This document shows, one piece after another, positions 44,249 to 57,265 of a stretch of DNA of 64,000 nucleotides. Each line of letters opens with the position of its first letter. Within the stretch, counting starts at the first letter, position 1. Below the pieces are notes generated by a model. It did not search any database. It saw only the letters and a program-made list of their open reading frames with translations, and was not told the DNA's origin. Both the position numbers and the translations under genes were made by a program. The DNA lies in NCBI RefSeq assembly GCF_035594765.1, contig NW_026943827.1, positions 1,550,001-1,614,000 on the forward strand, written 5' to 3'. This stretch comes from Anolis carolinensis (taxonomy: Eukaryota).

Positions 44249-45389
44249 TTAATCCAAATTGAGTTCCACAAGATTGGCACCTAGAGAGGATTTTTTCTTC
44301 CCTCAGGATTTCTTTCATTATTGCCCTTTGGTTTCCAAATTCCTCAATCTCCACTATATATTGATATTTTCTTTTCATGCCTGTGGTGACTTCATAGGGT
44401 CTTCATTTCCCTGATCAAGAAAGAAGAAGCAAAAGGTTAAACATGAAGCTGCAAACTTCCTTTATTTCCAAGATGATCCTCTTTTCCATTCAGGGCTCAT
44501 GTTGAAAATGGAAGAAATGGAGATATAAAGGGTCTCAAGGACACACGGAAACAAAGGTAATCACAGATTGATTGACAATAAGGGATGGATTCAGAAGGAG
44601 AGAAGAAAAGAAGGGAGGATGAAAATGAGTGATTGATGGAAGGAAAGAGGGATGGATGGAAGAAAAAGGGACCTTCGTACAATACTAAAGAGCCACATTG
44701 ATTTTGTTGGCGTGACCTAAACACGGCTAAAGAAACAAAAGGCAGACAGTCAGACAGGCCGGAGACGGGGCGTCATTCACTCTGAATAATTCGTTTCCAT
44801 GAATTACCAGCATAAGTTTAATCTTAAGAGGCACAATGATCCCTTTACTAATGATTTCATGAATTTCAGGTTCCCTTTCAGGCCACAAGGGATCCCACGT
44901 CCGTCTCCTGTGCATCCCAAATTGGACCTCTGCTGCCACCACATTTCCTACATCTCTCAAAGGAACCCCAAATTCCCAAAGGCGTTGCCTTCCTGCCTGG
45001 CAAATTCAACACCCCATTTAGGCATGCTGAGATGCTCACAGAACTGGTCTCGCCTGGACTAAGTCCCCGTTGGGCTGTTCACTCCCTTGGTTGAGCCGCA
45101 GGACGGCATGCAAATTCACAGGCACAGCGCAGTCGGGAAACCCTCCTTCCTGCCCATTCCTTTCCACCCCTGTCCATTTCCGCCTCTATTTCCTGCCCTC
45201 TGTTGTGGGGAAAGGCTTTTCAGCAGGTGAAGGCGATTGAGAGAAACACGGGTTATTTGTACAAGGTTGTAGGAACGTGTCTGCAGTAATCTAAACCATT
45301 AAATCCCAACCTGGGGAAGAACGGCACCCACTCTGTCCATTCCTGTCCTGGAAGATGCCTCACAAATGAGCACGAGCAAAACCGAGGGA

Positions 45390-46700
45390 AAACCTACAGG
45401 AAGCACTGCTTGGCTATCAAACAACAAGTGGGCGCTGGAAATAACATGCTACGAAAGAGGACTGGCACACCCTGGGGACCACAACCAGGCACGGTGAAGA
45501 CATCTGCCCTTGCGCTTGGCTACTCTGTGGCTGAGTACGCATGCCCAGCGTGGAACAACATCTCAGTGGATGTGGCTCTTTATCACAGGACGTCTACACC
45601 CAACACCGCTGGAGAAATTATACTGTTTAGCCGCCATTGCACCACCTGACATCTGTCATCATTATCATCATCATCATTTAATTACTTATTAATCGCCCTC
45701 CATCCAAGATGCTCTAGGCCAGGGGTCCTCAAACTTTTTATGTAGAGGGCCAATTCATGGTCCCTCAGATTGTTGAGGGGCCGAATTATCATTTGAAAAA
45801 AAAATACAAACAAATTCCTATGCACACTGCTCATGTCTTATTTGTAGTGCAAAAAAAATTAGCATTATATATTACTATATTGCACTACACCTTTATACCA
45901 TAGTATTATTAGTAATATTACATTTAATATTTAATATATAATTAATATTATTATATTATACAATATTATTATATTGTATTATTATTTTAGCCGCCCTGAG
46001 TCCGCTATTGGGTGAGAAGGGCGGGGTAGAAATACTGAAATAAATAAATAAATAAATATTATATTGCATTGCATTATAATATTATTATCAATACCATATG
46101 TGTACCCAATATATAATATTATTACCATATTATTCATTTACAATATTTCATTTACAATATTAGTAAATGAAAGAACAATACAATATTTAAAAATAAAAAC
46201 AATTTTAACCAACATACTGTAAACTTATCAGGATTTCAGTGGGCAGTATGGGCCTGCTTCTGGCCAATGAGATAGTCAAGTAGGATTGTTGTGTGCCTTC
46301 AAGTCATTTCAGACTTTGGGCGAGCCTCAATCTAAAACTGAGGGCGGGGGCCACGTAAATGGCCTTGGAGGGCCGCATCTGGCCCCCGGGCCTTAGTTTG
46401 GGGACCCCTGCTCTAGGCGATTTGTCAGGAAGTAGCAGCCAGTAATGAAAGGACCAAGGCAGTGATACCTCCAGCCCACCCCCAGGTCGGATATCAGGCA
46501 GCACACCAACGCCTTAAATCAAGACACAGCTTCCTAAGATCTACAGACAAGATCTACTCACAAGAACATCTCAGCAAGCCAGAGTCCAAAAGTGGCAGGA
46601 CTGAGACCAGATGTGAGTCTTCCCCCTGGGCACTCAGAAGACAGAGCGACTCAGAAGACACTGAAGAGACCACGCTCTAGCACCACGAGACGCAGATATA
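45390..46700 (+). mobile_element. Decayed Vingi-like LINE fragment interrupted by a hAT element
   Basis: TYRKHCLAIKQQVGAGNNMLRKRTGTPWG...KTSALALGYSVAEYACPAW; similar to 8715-9425. Confidence 0.7.
45720..46410. mobile_element. hAT non-autonomous element (same family as 4816-6286)
   Basis: TIRs CAGGGGTCC.CAAACT; perfect TSD CTCTAGGC. Confidence 0.92.
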
Positions 46701-47814
46701 TTTGGAACACAGGTATCTATACCAAAGATACACAATGTATTATGTTGTTGTTATTTTTGAAGCATAAAACAACAGCTGTATTGATTATATACACAACATA
46801 AAGGTACCACTTGTCTCTATCCTGAATCAATGTCCGTACTCGTATACGATTCAAACGGGAGACCTCAGTCTCCTCAAAATAAACCCAATAGTCCAATATA
46901 TGACGACTTAAAAAGTCACTTGGACCATGTGAGGCATCACGTGACCACCTGGGGTCGCGGCATCAGGAAGGCTGAGAACCACTGGCCGAAAGAGAAGCGG
47001 GGTCTGTGGAGCCTCCAGAAAGGAAGACCGAGGGGAGGGGGCTGGAGAGGAGCCCCGTGTGGACCTCGGGAAGGAGGCCCCGAGGGAGGGGGAGCGGGAC
47101 TCCTTCCTGCAGGGTCGGGGGAGTGGGCCTTGGCTTTGGGAGTTGTAGTTCGCCTGCAGCCAGAAAGCACAAGGGAGGGCCTTCTCACAGCCACTCCAGA
47201 GGCACTCACTCACTCCAAGGGGTCAGGAGGCACTCCAACTTTATTTTGATATCCCGCCCCATCTCCCCGAAGGGACTCGGGGCGGCTCACAACAGGGACA
47301 AGCCCCAAACAACAACAACAACAACCTATTTGACATAAATTTAAAACATTCCAACCAAATAAAATAATGGGCCAATACATTAAAATCCAAGCAGATAAAA
47401 CCAGAGCAATTAAAAGCAACCCAGTGGGGAGAGGTTCCATACAGTGGTGTGTCATGGAAATGAGTGACAGTGACCAAGTGCCAGATGCTTTCAAAACAGG
47501 AAGAAGTCTTCTCAGGACAGCTCCATTGGGCCTGTTCATTGAACCACCATGTTTTCCATTCCCAAGAGGTTTGGGGAGGATTCGCATCCTGACTGAGAGG
47601 AGTCGCCCTTGACCTGCATCCAGAGAGAACGGCCGAGCCAACAACCCTGGATCTGGACCACACTGGCCGCGGAGGACGGGACTGGCGGGACCCTCACGGA
47701 CACTGTGGCCCCACCCACTCCACTTAATAATAATAATAATAATAGATGTCTATTTATTTCCGTCTCTTCTCACCTTGTCCGCCTCACAGACACAGACCAG
47801 GCCTCAGGCCAGGC

Positions 47815-47955
47815 CAGGCGCCGCCATCTTCCCCCTCGTCTTCCTCCTTCCCCATTGCCCGCCCCCGCCCCTCCCATTGGCTGAGCCCGGGACGCCCCGC
47901 CCACCGGAGGCCCCCCATTGGCCGCCTGCCGCTCCCCCGCCTTTGATTGACTCCT
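47815..47955 (-). promoter_or_regulatory. CpG-rich promoter module, probable promoter of ZNF D, with non-coding exon 1 ending at a donor AAG|GTGAG near 47773
   Basis: Same TCF / CCAAT / GC box / CCAAT / YY1 order as the other two copies. Confidence 0.75.
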
Positions 47956-48109
47956 GAGCAGAGTTGCCCAACGTCACACCCTTGAAGTCCTGACGGAGTT
48001 TCGGGGGAGAACCGGGCATGATGGGAGTTGTAGTTCATCCCATTCCTTATGTGTTTTGGACATTTTTTTTTTAAATAACTTGGTCAAATAACCTGGGCAA
48101 CGCCGAGTT

Positions 48110-48172
<63 letters not shown>

Positions 48173-48215
48173 TTACAAAATGTTATTATATAATATTATT
48201 ATTAATTAAATATAG

Positions 48216-48449
48216 AAGCCTCCGGTGGCCTAGGGGATGAAAGCCTCGTGACTTGAAGGTTGGGCTGCTGACCTGAGCGTGGGTGAGCTCCCTCTGTCAG
48301 CTCCAGCTCCATGCGGGGACAGGAGAGAAGCCTCCCACAAGGATGGTAAAACATCAAGACATCCGGGCAACGTCCCCTGGGCAACGTCCTTGCAGACGGC
48401 CCATTCTCTCACTCCAGAAACAACTCCGGTTGCTCCTGACACGGAAAAA
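48216..48449 (+). mobile_element. SINE with tail GCTCCTGACACG(A)n
   Basis: Matches 10385-10563 and 30026-30287. Confidence 0.8.
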
Positions 48450-48641
48450 ATATATTATCAAATAATATTATATTATAATAATAATATAACAGTATAATAA
48501 AATAATAAATATAATAATAATAATATATAATAACACAATAACATAATAATCATAATGCTGCCCTATATTATAGAATAACCTCACAGTGACCGTCTATGGG
48601 AAAGCCTTCCTTCGTGAGGTCCCAGCCAAGCCCCCTTCCCT

Positions 48642-50258
48642 TAATAATAATAATAATAATAATAAAACTTTATTTATAACCCGCCACCATCTCCCCAATG
48701 GGGACTCGGGGCGGCTTACATGGGGCCATGCCCAGACACCATACAATATAACAAAATAAAACAATATATCATAACACAATATAATAGTACAAAAATAATC
48801 ATATACATTACAACACAGATCAGAGCAGACAGGGCGGGCCACATGAACATTTAATTAAAAACTCGGGAGAGAGAGGCATATAAATAAAGAGAACAGGGGT
48901 ATAAGATGGAACAGTCCAAACAGTCCAAAGAATAAAATCCAAGGGGAGTAATCAAAGGTATATAACATTTACTCCCCGAAGGCACATCGAAAAAGCCATG
49001 TTTTTAGATCTTTCTTAAAAGCCAATAAGGTGGGGGCTTGCCTGATCTCAGAGGGCAATGAATTCCACAGTCGGGGGGCCACAGCAGAAAAGGCCCTCTC
49101 TCTCGTTCCCACTAGACGGGCCTGGGATAAAGGCAGTGGCGAAAGAAGGGCCTCCCCGGATGAGCGGAGGGATCGAACAGGTTTATAATAGGAGATACGG
49201 TCACGAAGGTAGGTGGGTCCCAAACCGTTTAGGGCCTTATAAATGATGGTATTCACCTTGAATTGGGACCGGAAGGTGAACGGCAGCCAGTGGAGCTCCT
49301 TGAACAGGGGAGTAGATCTCTCCCTGTAGCTCGCCCCTGTAATTAATCTGGCCGCCGAGCGCTGAACCAGTTGTAGTTTCCGGGCCGTCTTCAAGGGAAG
49401 CCCCACGTAGAGCGCATTACAGTAGTCCAGTCTAGAGGTAACTAAGGCATGCACCACCGTGGTCAAGTCAGACTTCATGAGGTATGGTCGCAGTTGGCGC
49501 ACAAGTTTGAGTTGTGTGAAGGCCCTCCCGGCCACCGCCGACACCTGAGCCTCAAGCGTCAGCGCTGAGTCCAGAAGGACCCCCAAACTGCGGACCTGTG
49601 ATTTCAGGGGGAGTGCAACCCCGTCCAGCACAGGTTGCCACCCAATACCCCGATCCGACGTGCGACTGACCAGGAGGGCCTCTGTCTTGTCAGGATTGAT
49701 CCTCAGCTTGTTCCTCCTCATCCAGTCCGCCACAGCGGCCAGGCACTGGTTCAGCATCCGAGGGGCTTCCTTGGAGTCAGATGGAAACGAGTAGTGGATT
49801 TGCGTGTCATCTGCGTAGAGATGGCAACGCCCTCCAAAACTCCGGATGACCTCTCCCAGCGGTTTCATGTAGATGTTGAATAGCATGGGGGATAGAATAG
49901 ACCCCTGCGGGACCCCACAGGTCAATGGCCAGGGGTCCGAGCAGGAGTCCCCCAACTTCACCATCTGGGAACGACCCCCCAGGAAGGACCGGAGCCACTG
50001 CAGCACAGTGCCACCAAGCCCCATCCCAGAGAGCCTCCCCAGAAGGATACCATGGTCGATGGTATCGAAAGCCGCTGAGATGTCCAAGAGAACCAGCAGG
50101 GTCACACTCCCCCTGTCCAGCTCTCTGCGGAGGTCATCCACCAAGGCGACCAAAGCCGTCTCGGTACTGTGCCCAGGCCTGAAGCCAGACTGCGAGCAGT
50201 CCAGAAAATCAGTGTCATCGAGAAACTCCTGGAGCTGCTTGGCAACCACCCGCTTCCC
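48642..50258 (-). mobile_element. Young 5'-truncated L2 LINE with uninterrupted 431-aa RT-to-C-terminus frame, 3' UTR and (TTA)n tail
   Basis: QSGFRPGHSTETAL, LLDISAAFDTIDH, GVPQGSILSP, YADDTQ, LWNSLP...FKKDLKTWLF. Confidence 0.95.
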
Positions 50259-50329
50259 TTCCACAGATTTACCTCATTTCACAATATAATATATTTCAAT
50301 TTTATAACAGGACTATTATGTCTGATTCT

Positions 50330-50604
50330 GGGGGTTGGGGCTCATCTCCATTTCTAAGCCAAAGAGCCGGCGTTGTCCGTAGACACCTCCCAGGTCATGT
50401 GGCCACTGGCATGACTGCATGGAGGGCCGTTACCTGAAGTGGTACCTATTGATCTACTCACATTGGCATGTTTTCGAACTGCTAGATTGGCAGAAGCTGG
50501 AGCTGACAGTGGGTGCTCACTCCACTCCCCGGATTTGAACCTGCGACCTTTCGGTCTGCAAGTTCAGCAGCTCAGCGCTTTAACACACTTCACCACCGGG
50601 GCTC
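50330..50604 (-). mobile_element. Sauria SINE, 3'-truncated
   Basis: Reverse complement of 36218-36495. Confidence 0.9.
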
Positions 50605-50609
50605 TTAGG

Positions 50610-51910
50610 GCATTATAATATATTACTATTATTATACTATTGCATGATTATTGCTATATTATGATAATATTGATGTCAGATCGGATAGGATAAGATCATT
50701 ATAATATTACAATATAATACAATATCATAATTATCCTATCCGATTTGTCGTCGGTCCACTCCTTTGGGCTTCAAGCAAATCTACCCTTTTCCAAAATATA
50801 CGGTCCTGTGTTTTGACCAAATTCCAGTTATAATTATGATATAATAATAATTATAATAAGTTTATTATATATGATTGTATTCTTTTAAAGATATGTTATT
50901 ATTATCATTACATTGTTCTGACGATGGCTTTCCCGTCCTGCCCCTCCTCTGGTCCTGCCCATCAACGGAACCCTCCCCCCTCCCTCCCTCCCTGGATGGC
51001 TGTTCCGTGCCTGCAGGGGGCGCCATGGAGACCCTTGTGATGTGCTGCAGCATCTCCCTCTGAAGGCCGTTCCCTTGGGAAGCTCACTTTCCCGTTCACA
51101 GCAGGAAGGAAGGAAGGCAGTCGCTCTCTCTCTCTCTTTCTCTCTCTCGTGGTTCTTGCTCCTTGTCCGTTGCCTTTTCAGCCTGTACCTGTGTCACCTG
51201 GTTTGGTCCACATCCCGGTGAGTCTTCTTCGCTCCTCGTGTGGGGAGGAGGGGAGGAGCAGAGGGACCTAGACCGGGGGAGGGTGTCCCTCTTGGCTCTC
51301 TTGGACCTCTCAGGGGCCTTCCATACCTTAGACCACGGTCTCCTTCTGGGATGCCTCGTGGGAATGGGACTTGGGGGCACCGTTTAGCAGTGGCTCCGGC
51401 CCTTCCTGGGGGTGTTGTTGGGGGACACCTTCTCGGCCCCGCAACCATGGCGTCGTGGAGTCCTGAGGATTCAGTCTCGATGACATGGCTTTTTTCCGGC
51501 CTGATGACCCCTTTGGCTTTGCTTTGTGGAGACAAAGGGGACTCTGTGTGGTGGTGGTTAAGGCCTCCTTACAAGAAGGCAAGAGTCCAGCCGGATTAAA
51601 CAAAGCTGTAATGAAACCACTGTTGACAAACCCTCCCTGGACCCCACTCAATGGGTCAACTTCCGGCCAGTTTCCAATCTCCCCTTTTTGGGCAAAGTCA
51701 TGGAACGTGTGGTGGCCTCACAACTCCCATTGTTCTTGGAAGACATTGAGTGTCTAGACCGGTTTAAGTCTGGCTTTAGGACGGGACATGGAACTGAATC
51801 AGTCTTTGTCTCCTCAGCAGACGATCTAAGCAGGGAACTGGACGGGGGGAGGGTGTCCCCGGTGGTTCTCCTGGGCCTCTTGTCGGCCTTCCATACCATA
51901 GACCACGGTT
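50610..51910 (+). repeat. Composite repeat copy 3 (CTCF motif and L2 fragments)
   Basis: Homology to the other copies. Confidence 0.8.
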
Positions 51911-52265
51911 TGATTGACGGGCGGCAAGGAGGGGCTTGTGTGGGCCGAGATAGCGCCGTGAAGCCAAAGAGGGAGGGAAGTGGCCCCGCTTGGCAGGCCG
52001 GAGAGGCCGAGGGGGCGGGGTCCAGGAGGGGAGAGGGCGGGGGTCAGGAAACTGGCCTGCTTGCCTGCCTTCCTTCCTGGGAGTTGTAGTTCACCCTCCA
52101 ACCAGAGAGCGCGCCCAGCCCCACCCGTGACGCCTCCTGAGCACGCTTGCCCAACATCACACTCTTCCACCACTGATGGAGATTCTGGGGGTGAACCTGG
52201 CAGGATGGGAGTTGTAGTTCACCCACAATCTTATGCATTTTGGACCATTGAAACACTGACTTTGT

Positions 52266-53716
52266 AAGTCGAAGAGGTGGCATTGCTTGTATGAGTGTAT
52301 GGAGCGCCATTAGTTTTGCGTCGGAGGAATAGGTATTGATGTAGTGATATCTGGATGTTTTGGAACTGTTGGGTTGGGAGAAGGTGGGGTAATAGTGGGG
52401 GTTGACTCTGTTTTCCGAATTCGAACCTGCGACGTTTCGTTGGAGAAGTTGAGTAGGTTAGCGGTTGAAGACGCTGCGTTATTAGGGGATATTATGTCCT
52501 AAAGGTGGTGAATATACAATATTTGTGATTATTGGGGTTTTTTGTCTGTTGGAGGTAAGTATGAATGGTGTATAAGAGATGTTGTAGGTGTTGTGAATGG
52601 GTAGAGATGACGTTATTATTGGTATATTAGAGTTGTATAAGAGATGCTGTAGGTGTGTTTTTGAATGTGGTGTGTTGTTAGAGTTAGTTTGCCTGGCCCA
52701 TGGCTTTGAAACGGGATATGGTTTTGTTTGGGTTGGTGTGTCAGTGTAGATGGAGGGTAGAAGTTGATTCTAAATGAAGATAATCCAGGTGAAATGTGAC
52801 ATTGTGGATATGGGTGGTTGTGGGTTGGAGTGGGTGGGTGTTGTTTGTATGAATGGAGGAGGAAGGAGAGGGTGGGAGGGAGGAAGTGGATGGTGGTGGT
52901 CTTGCTTTGAAAGGGTAGAGATGGGGGTCTGGGTTGTAGTGGGTGGAGCTTGTGTGTAGGAATGGAGGAGGAAGGGGAGGGGTGGGTGGGAGGAAATGGG
53001 TGGTCGTGGGTTGTCTTGGGTGGGTTTTGTTTAGAGAAATAGAGGAAGAAGAGTGGGAGGAGTTGGGTGGTGGAGCGTGTAGGATGGGCCTTGATTTGAT
53101 GAGCGGAGGAGGAGGAGGAAGAGGAGTGGGAAGGAAGAAATTGAGAGTTGTGGTCTTGTTTCGAAAGAGAAGGGGGGTTACGGAGTTTGGAGTCGAGGTG
53201 CAGGCTGTGAGGTGGGGTGCGGCTTGCCCTTCCTTATTTCTCGGTGGAGGCCTTCCGGAGGCCTAAGGAGGCCTGGTGGTGCCTCAGAGAGGAGGAGGAG
53301 GAAGAGGAGGGGGGTGGCGGGTAGGAAGAAGACCAGGTTTCCCTGCAGTGGAAGCGGCGGCGCTCTTTCCTCCTCCTGAGGGGAAGGTGAGGTCTTGGAG
53401 GAGTCGGCCGCGGTGGGGAAGAGGTGGGGCAGCCAGGCGGCTTGGGGAGGGTCGGCCTCTCTCCCCCTCCTTGTTTTTTCTGGGGTTGCCTTTGCCTTCC
53501 GGGTAAGGGGACTGGCGGCGGGTTCTGTGTTGGCGCAGGCGCAGTTTGCCTGTTGCGGTTTGTCGGCCGTGTGATTGTGTTTGTAATATAATGGTGTGGT
53601 ATCATACTGGAGGCGGGGATGATGGTTTGTGCGGTGAATTTTCAAGTTTGGGGGTTTTGGGGTTTTGTTGCTTTGTGCGTCGCCATGACGCCAAAAGCCT
53701 TTTATATATAGAAGAT
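52266..53716 (-). mobile_element. Helitron-like element with captured, hypermutated cargo including a Sauria SINE at about 52285-52488
   Basis: Right end CTTTTATATATAGAAGAT reads A|TC on minus strand; extreme C depletion on plus strand; SINE still alignable. Confidence 0.6.
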
Positions 53717-53719
53717 TTT

Positions 53720-54600
53720 ATAATATATTATTACATTATATCATAATAAATTACAATTACTATACTATTGTATGATTATTACTATGTTGTGATATTTTCA
53801 ATGTCAAATCGGATAAGATAATTATAATATTATAATATAATACAATATTATAATTATCTTATCCGATTTGTTGTTAATCCACTCCTTTGGGCTTCACACA
53901 AAAGTCAAATTACAATTATGATATATTTATTATAATATTTTATTATATATAATTGTATTCTTTTTATGATATTATATTATTATGATTATTATATATTATG
54001 AAGATGGCTTTCCCATCCTGCTCCTCCTATGGTCCTGCCCATCAAAGGAGCTCTCCCTCCCTCCCTCCCTCCCTTCCTGTTCCGTGCCTGCAGGGGGCAC
54101 CATGGAGACCTTTGTGATGCGCTGCAGCATCTCCCACTGAAGGCCGTTCCCTTTGGAAGCTCACTTTGCTGTTCACAGCAGGAAAGAAGGCAGTCACTGT
54201 CTCTCTCTCGTGGTTCTTGCTCCTTGCCCGTTGCTTTGGCTGCCTGTCGCTGTGTCACCCGGTTTGGTCCACATCCCGGTGAGTCTTCTTTGCTCCTCGT
54301 GCGGGGAGGAGGGGAGGAGCAGAGGGACCTAGACGGGGGGAGGGTGTCCCTCTTGGTTCTCTTGGACCTCTCAGGGGCCTTCAATATTGTAGACCACGGT
54401 CTCCTTCTGGGATGCCTCGTGGGAATGGGGCTTGGGGGCACCGCTTAGCAGTCCTTCCTGGAGGTGTTGTTGGGGGACACCTTCTCGGCCCCGCAGCCAT
54501 TGCTTTGTGGGGTCCTGCAGGGTTCAGTCTCAATGACATGGCATTTGGGGGCCTGCTGACCCCTTTGGCTTTGCTCTGTAGGGACAAAGGGGACTCTGTC
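53720..54600 (+). repeat. Composite repeat copy 4 (CTCF motif and L2 fragments)
   Basis: Homology to the other copies. Confidence 0.8.
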
Positions 54601-56205
54601 TCAGCCAGCGCGGTGTCTGGGGTCACGGCAGCCTTTGAGGCCTCTGTTGGAGGGACGCTCTTCAACGCGGAAGAAGGCTCTTCCTTCTGGAAGCAAGGCC
54701 TCGTCTGGGAAGTGGTCAGAGTCCCAAACAGGAAACAGTATTATCATCATCATCGTTGTTGTTGTTGTATTTATTTCTACTTAGAAGTCAACCCCTTGAA
54801 CAAGTGATATTCACTAGCATTCATGTAATGGCACACAGGGAACTCAGCTGCTGGACTGAAGAACCATGTCTTTAAACTGCCGAGGATAAAGACATGCCAG
54901 TACAAACATATATTTGGTTGGTAGTAGAGGATGGTTGTTTTGCTCTTGAAATTGCAGTTGCCCAAACGGTAAGACACTCTCTTGAAACCTCTTAGTTAAA
55001 ATAGGCACTCAGAGATCAAAAACAAAGTCTTCTTTGAAAAATAACACATCTTGTCTACTCACAAACATCTTGTATTAATCACCAATCAGGCACATTTCTG
55101 ATTGAAGTTGGGTTACAGGTATGGTGTAGCTTCTCTGTGTTGAGTACACAGGGCATCACTCTGCATCAGGAGTCCATCGTGAAAGTATAGTTGTACTCAC
55201 TGTGTAGTGGAATCAGTGGAGTCCGTTGAGACACGAAGCCAATGAAGCAGGCAGACAAGACATCTTGGGTTTCAAGGAGAGGCGCCCAGAGCAGTGTCCC
55301 TGTTGTCCACCCTCCGCCCCAAACAATCCTGGAGAACTTCATCTGGAGATCTCAAGATGCTCTGGACAGCTAGCTGGCTTCCCAGGATCTGTTTCCCGAG
55401 ACAGGAGCCACTTCGGTCTGCCTCCTGGAGAGGAGTCCCATTGCGTCTTCAAGAGGAAGGCCTTTGTTTTGGGAGAAGCTTTGGTGGTTCCCGAAGGGAG
55501 GGGAAGGGGCCATGAGGAATCCTGACCCCCTTCTCCAAGATGGCCCCCGCAATGCCTCCTCCTCAGAACGAGGCCTCAAGGAGGAGCCATGAATGAGCAG
55601 CTTCCATCTGCACCAGGAGCAAGGCTTTTGTGATGCCAATGGCTTCCGATTGTCCTCTCCAGAGGAAGCCAAAGGCCCCGAATGTGACGTGGAAAATGCC
55701 CCCTGGGCTCATGTGAGGATGAAGCCGGGAAACATGAGATCCTAATGGAGTCCCAGAATCCGAAAGGGACCCCAAAAAGGCGTCTTGCCCAACCATGCAG
55801 GAACACACTGTTGGTTTGATTCATTTCTTTATTTAGATATACAAAAACAAAACAACATCAACAACAAGAGATTAAAAATACTGTTTCTAGAATAATACTA
55901 CTTTATCCTATATATAAAAAACCCCAATAACTACAAACAATCTACGTTATCTAATGTAATGACCTGGCATTCTCTCTCTGGTTGTTATCTTCTCTCTGTT
56001 TTCTACACCCGTTTAGTGAAAAGCAACCCTTGGAACGTCCTTTCTCACATAGTAACACACTTCTAGTCCCAAACAAACAGACAGTGATGGAGATTTGGCC
56101 CCATCGTTGTTGGAGGAACACAATCAATGGGCCCCGGTCTTTCTTAAGTGAGAGATTTCTCCTCAGTCAACGTAGTAAACCTCTTCATTCCCACAAACTC
56201 ACTTG

Positions 56206-56304
56206 TTTTCGTCAGCCAATCATTTTCTGACAGAATCACATTTTCATAAGCCAATCATTTTCTGACAGAATCACATTTTCGTCAGCCAATCATTTTCTGA
56301 CAGT
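56206..56304 (+). repeat. Tandem repeat of about 35 bp, 3 copies, each with CCAAT, in LTR-like DNA
   Basis: AGCCAATCATTTTCTGACAG three times. Confidence 0.85.
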
Positions 56305-56369
56305 CTTTCCATCTTTAAGTGGAGGTCATTCTTGCTGCCGTTCTCACCTATAGCAATCTCCTCCCACAT

Positions 56370-56885
56370 TTCCTATTAAGTTGTTCATCTCACATCCCAA
56401 GCAGATAAGAGTTCAGGTTTCATTTCAAATTTGACTTTAACCATTTCTTCTAAAACCATATGTATTTGTGCCCAGTATTTCTGGGCCTTTTTACCTGACC
56501 ACGACACATGATAAAAAGTGCCCACCTTTCCCCCACTTTTCCAACAATCTAGAACTGTTGTTACAGATCTTCGCCATCCTTTCTGGTGTCAGGTATCATC
56601 TATACATCATGTTATAAAAAGTATTTTTACTCAATTGTAAATTCCACACTCTTTGTCCAAACCCTTTCCCGTTGTTCCCTTTGTATTCGTTTACCAAAAT
56701 GTTGTGCCCACTTTACCACACAATCTTTCGCCTCCTCCATTTCATGTTTCAACAAAAGTTTATACAACTTAGCAATAACATGGTCATCTCCAGAGTCCAA
56801 AACAGTTTCAAGTTACGGTATATCAATAATATCAAAACTTATTATCAAATAAGTTTTTATCCACTTTAAATGCTTACCAATGTAC
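56370..56885 (-). mobile_element. L1 LINE ORF2 C-terminal fragment
   Basis: Minus strand reads CWK..EKVGTFYHV.W...KAQKYWAQIHMVLEEMVKVKFEMKPEL, a degenerate L1 zinc knuckle. Confidence 0.7.
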
Positions 56886-57134
56886 CAGTAAGTTTCCGGA
56901 GGGGAGTTCCTCGTCTTTGTTCTATGCTGATGATTATCCAACGCCATAGTTGATGCTTCACTGACAGCCATCAGATGAACTTGTGGTGATCTCATGACGG
57001 AGCGGCCTCCAGGCCACTGTATCCTCCCGTCCTGCTCAGGCTTTGCAAAGCCAAGGCAGCGGCCAAAGCGCCTTTGACCGAGTCCATCCAACTGTAAGAC
57101 CCTTCTCTCTCGTGGCCATTACAGTCTTCACACC

Positions 57135-57265
57135 AGCATGATGCAGCACTTGGACTATTGACTCTGGAGACCAGCGTTTAAATCCCTGCTCAGCTACAGA
57201 ATCTCTGACCTGACCTTGTCCCAGTCACACTCTCTCAGCTTTAGAAGCAGGCCAGGGGAAACTTA
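57135..57265 (+). mobile_element. Old degenerate tRNA-derived SINE (MIR/CORE-like)
   Basis: TTGGACT...CTGGAGACCAGCGTTTAAATCCCTGCTCAGC...TGACCTTG...AGTCACACTCTCTCAGC. Confidence 0.5.

Noticed and set aside
55200-55830. Exon-like GC-balanced stretch with several short ORFs, considered as a SCAN or gag relic
   Set aside because: No recognisable domain motif in any listed frame
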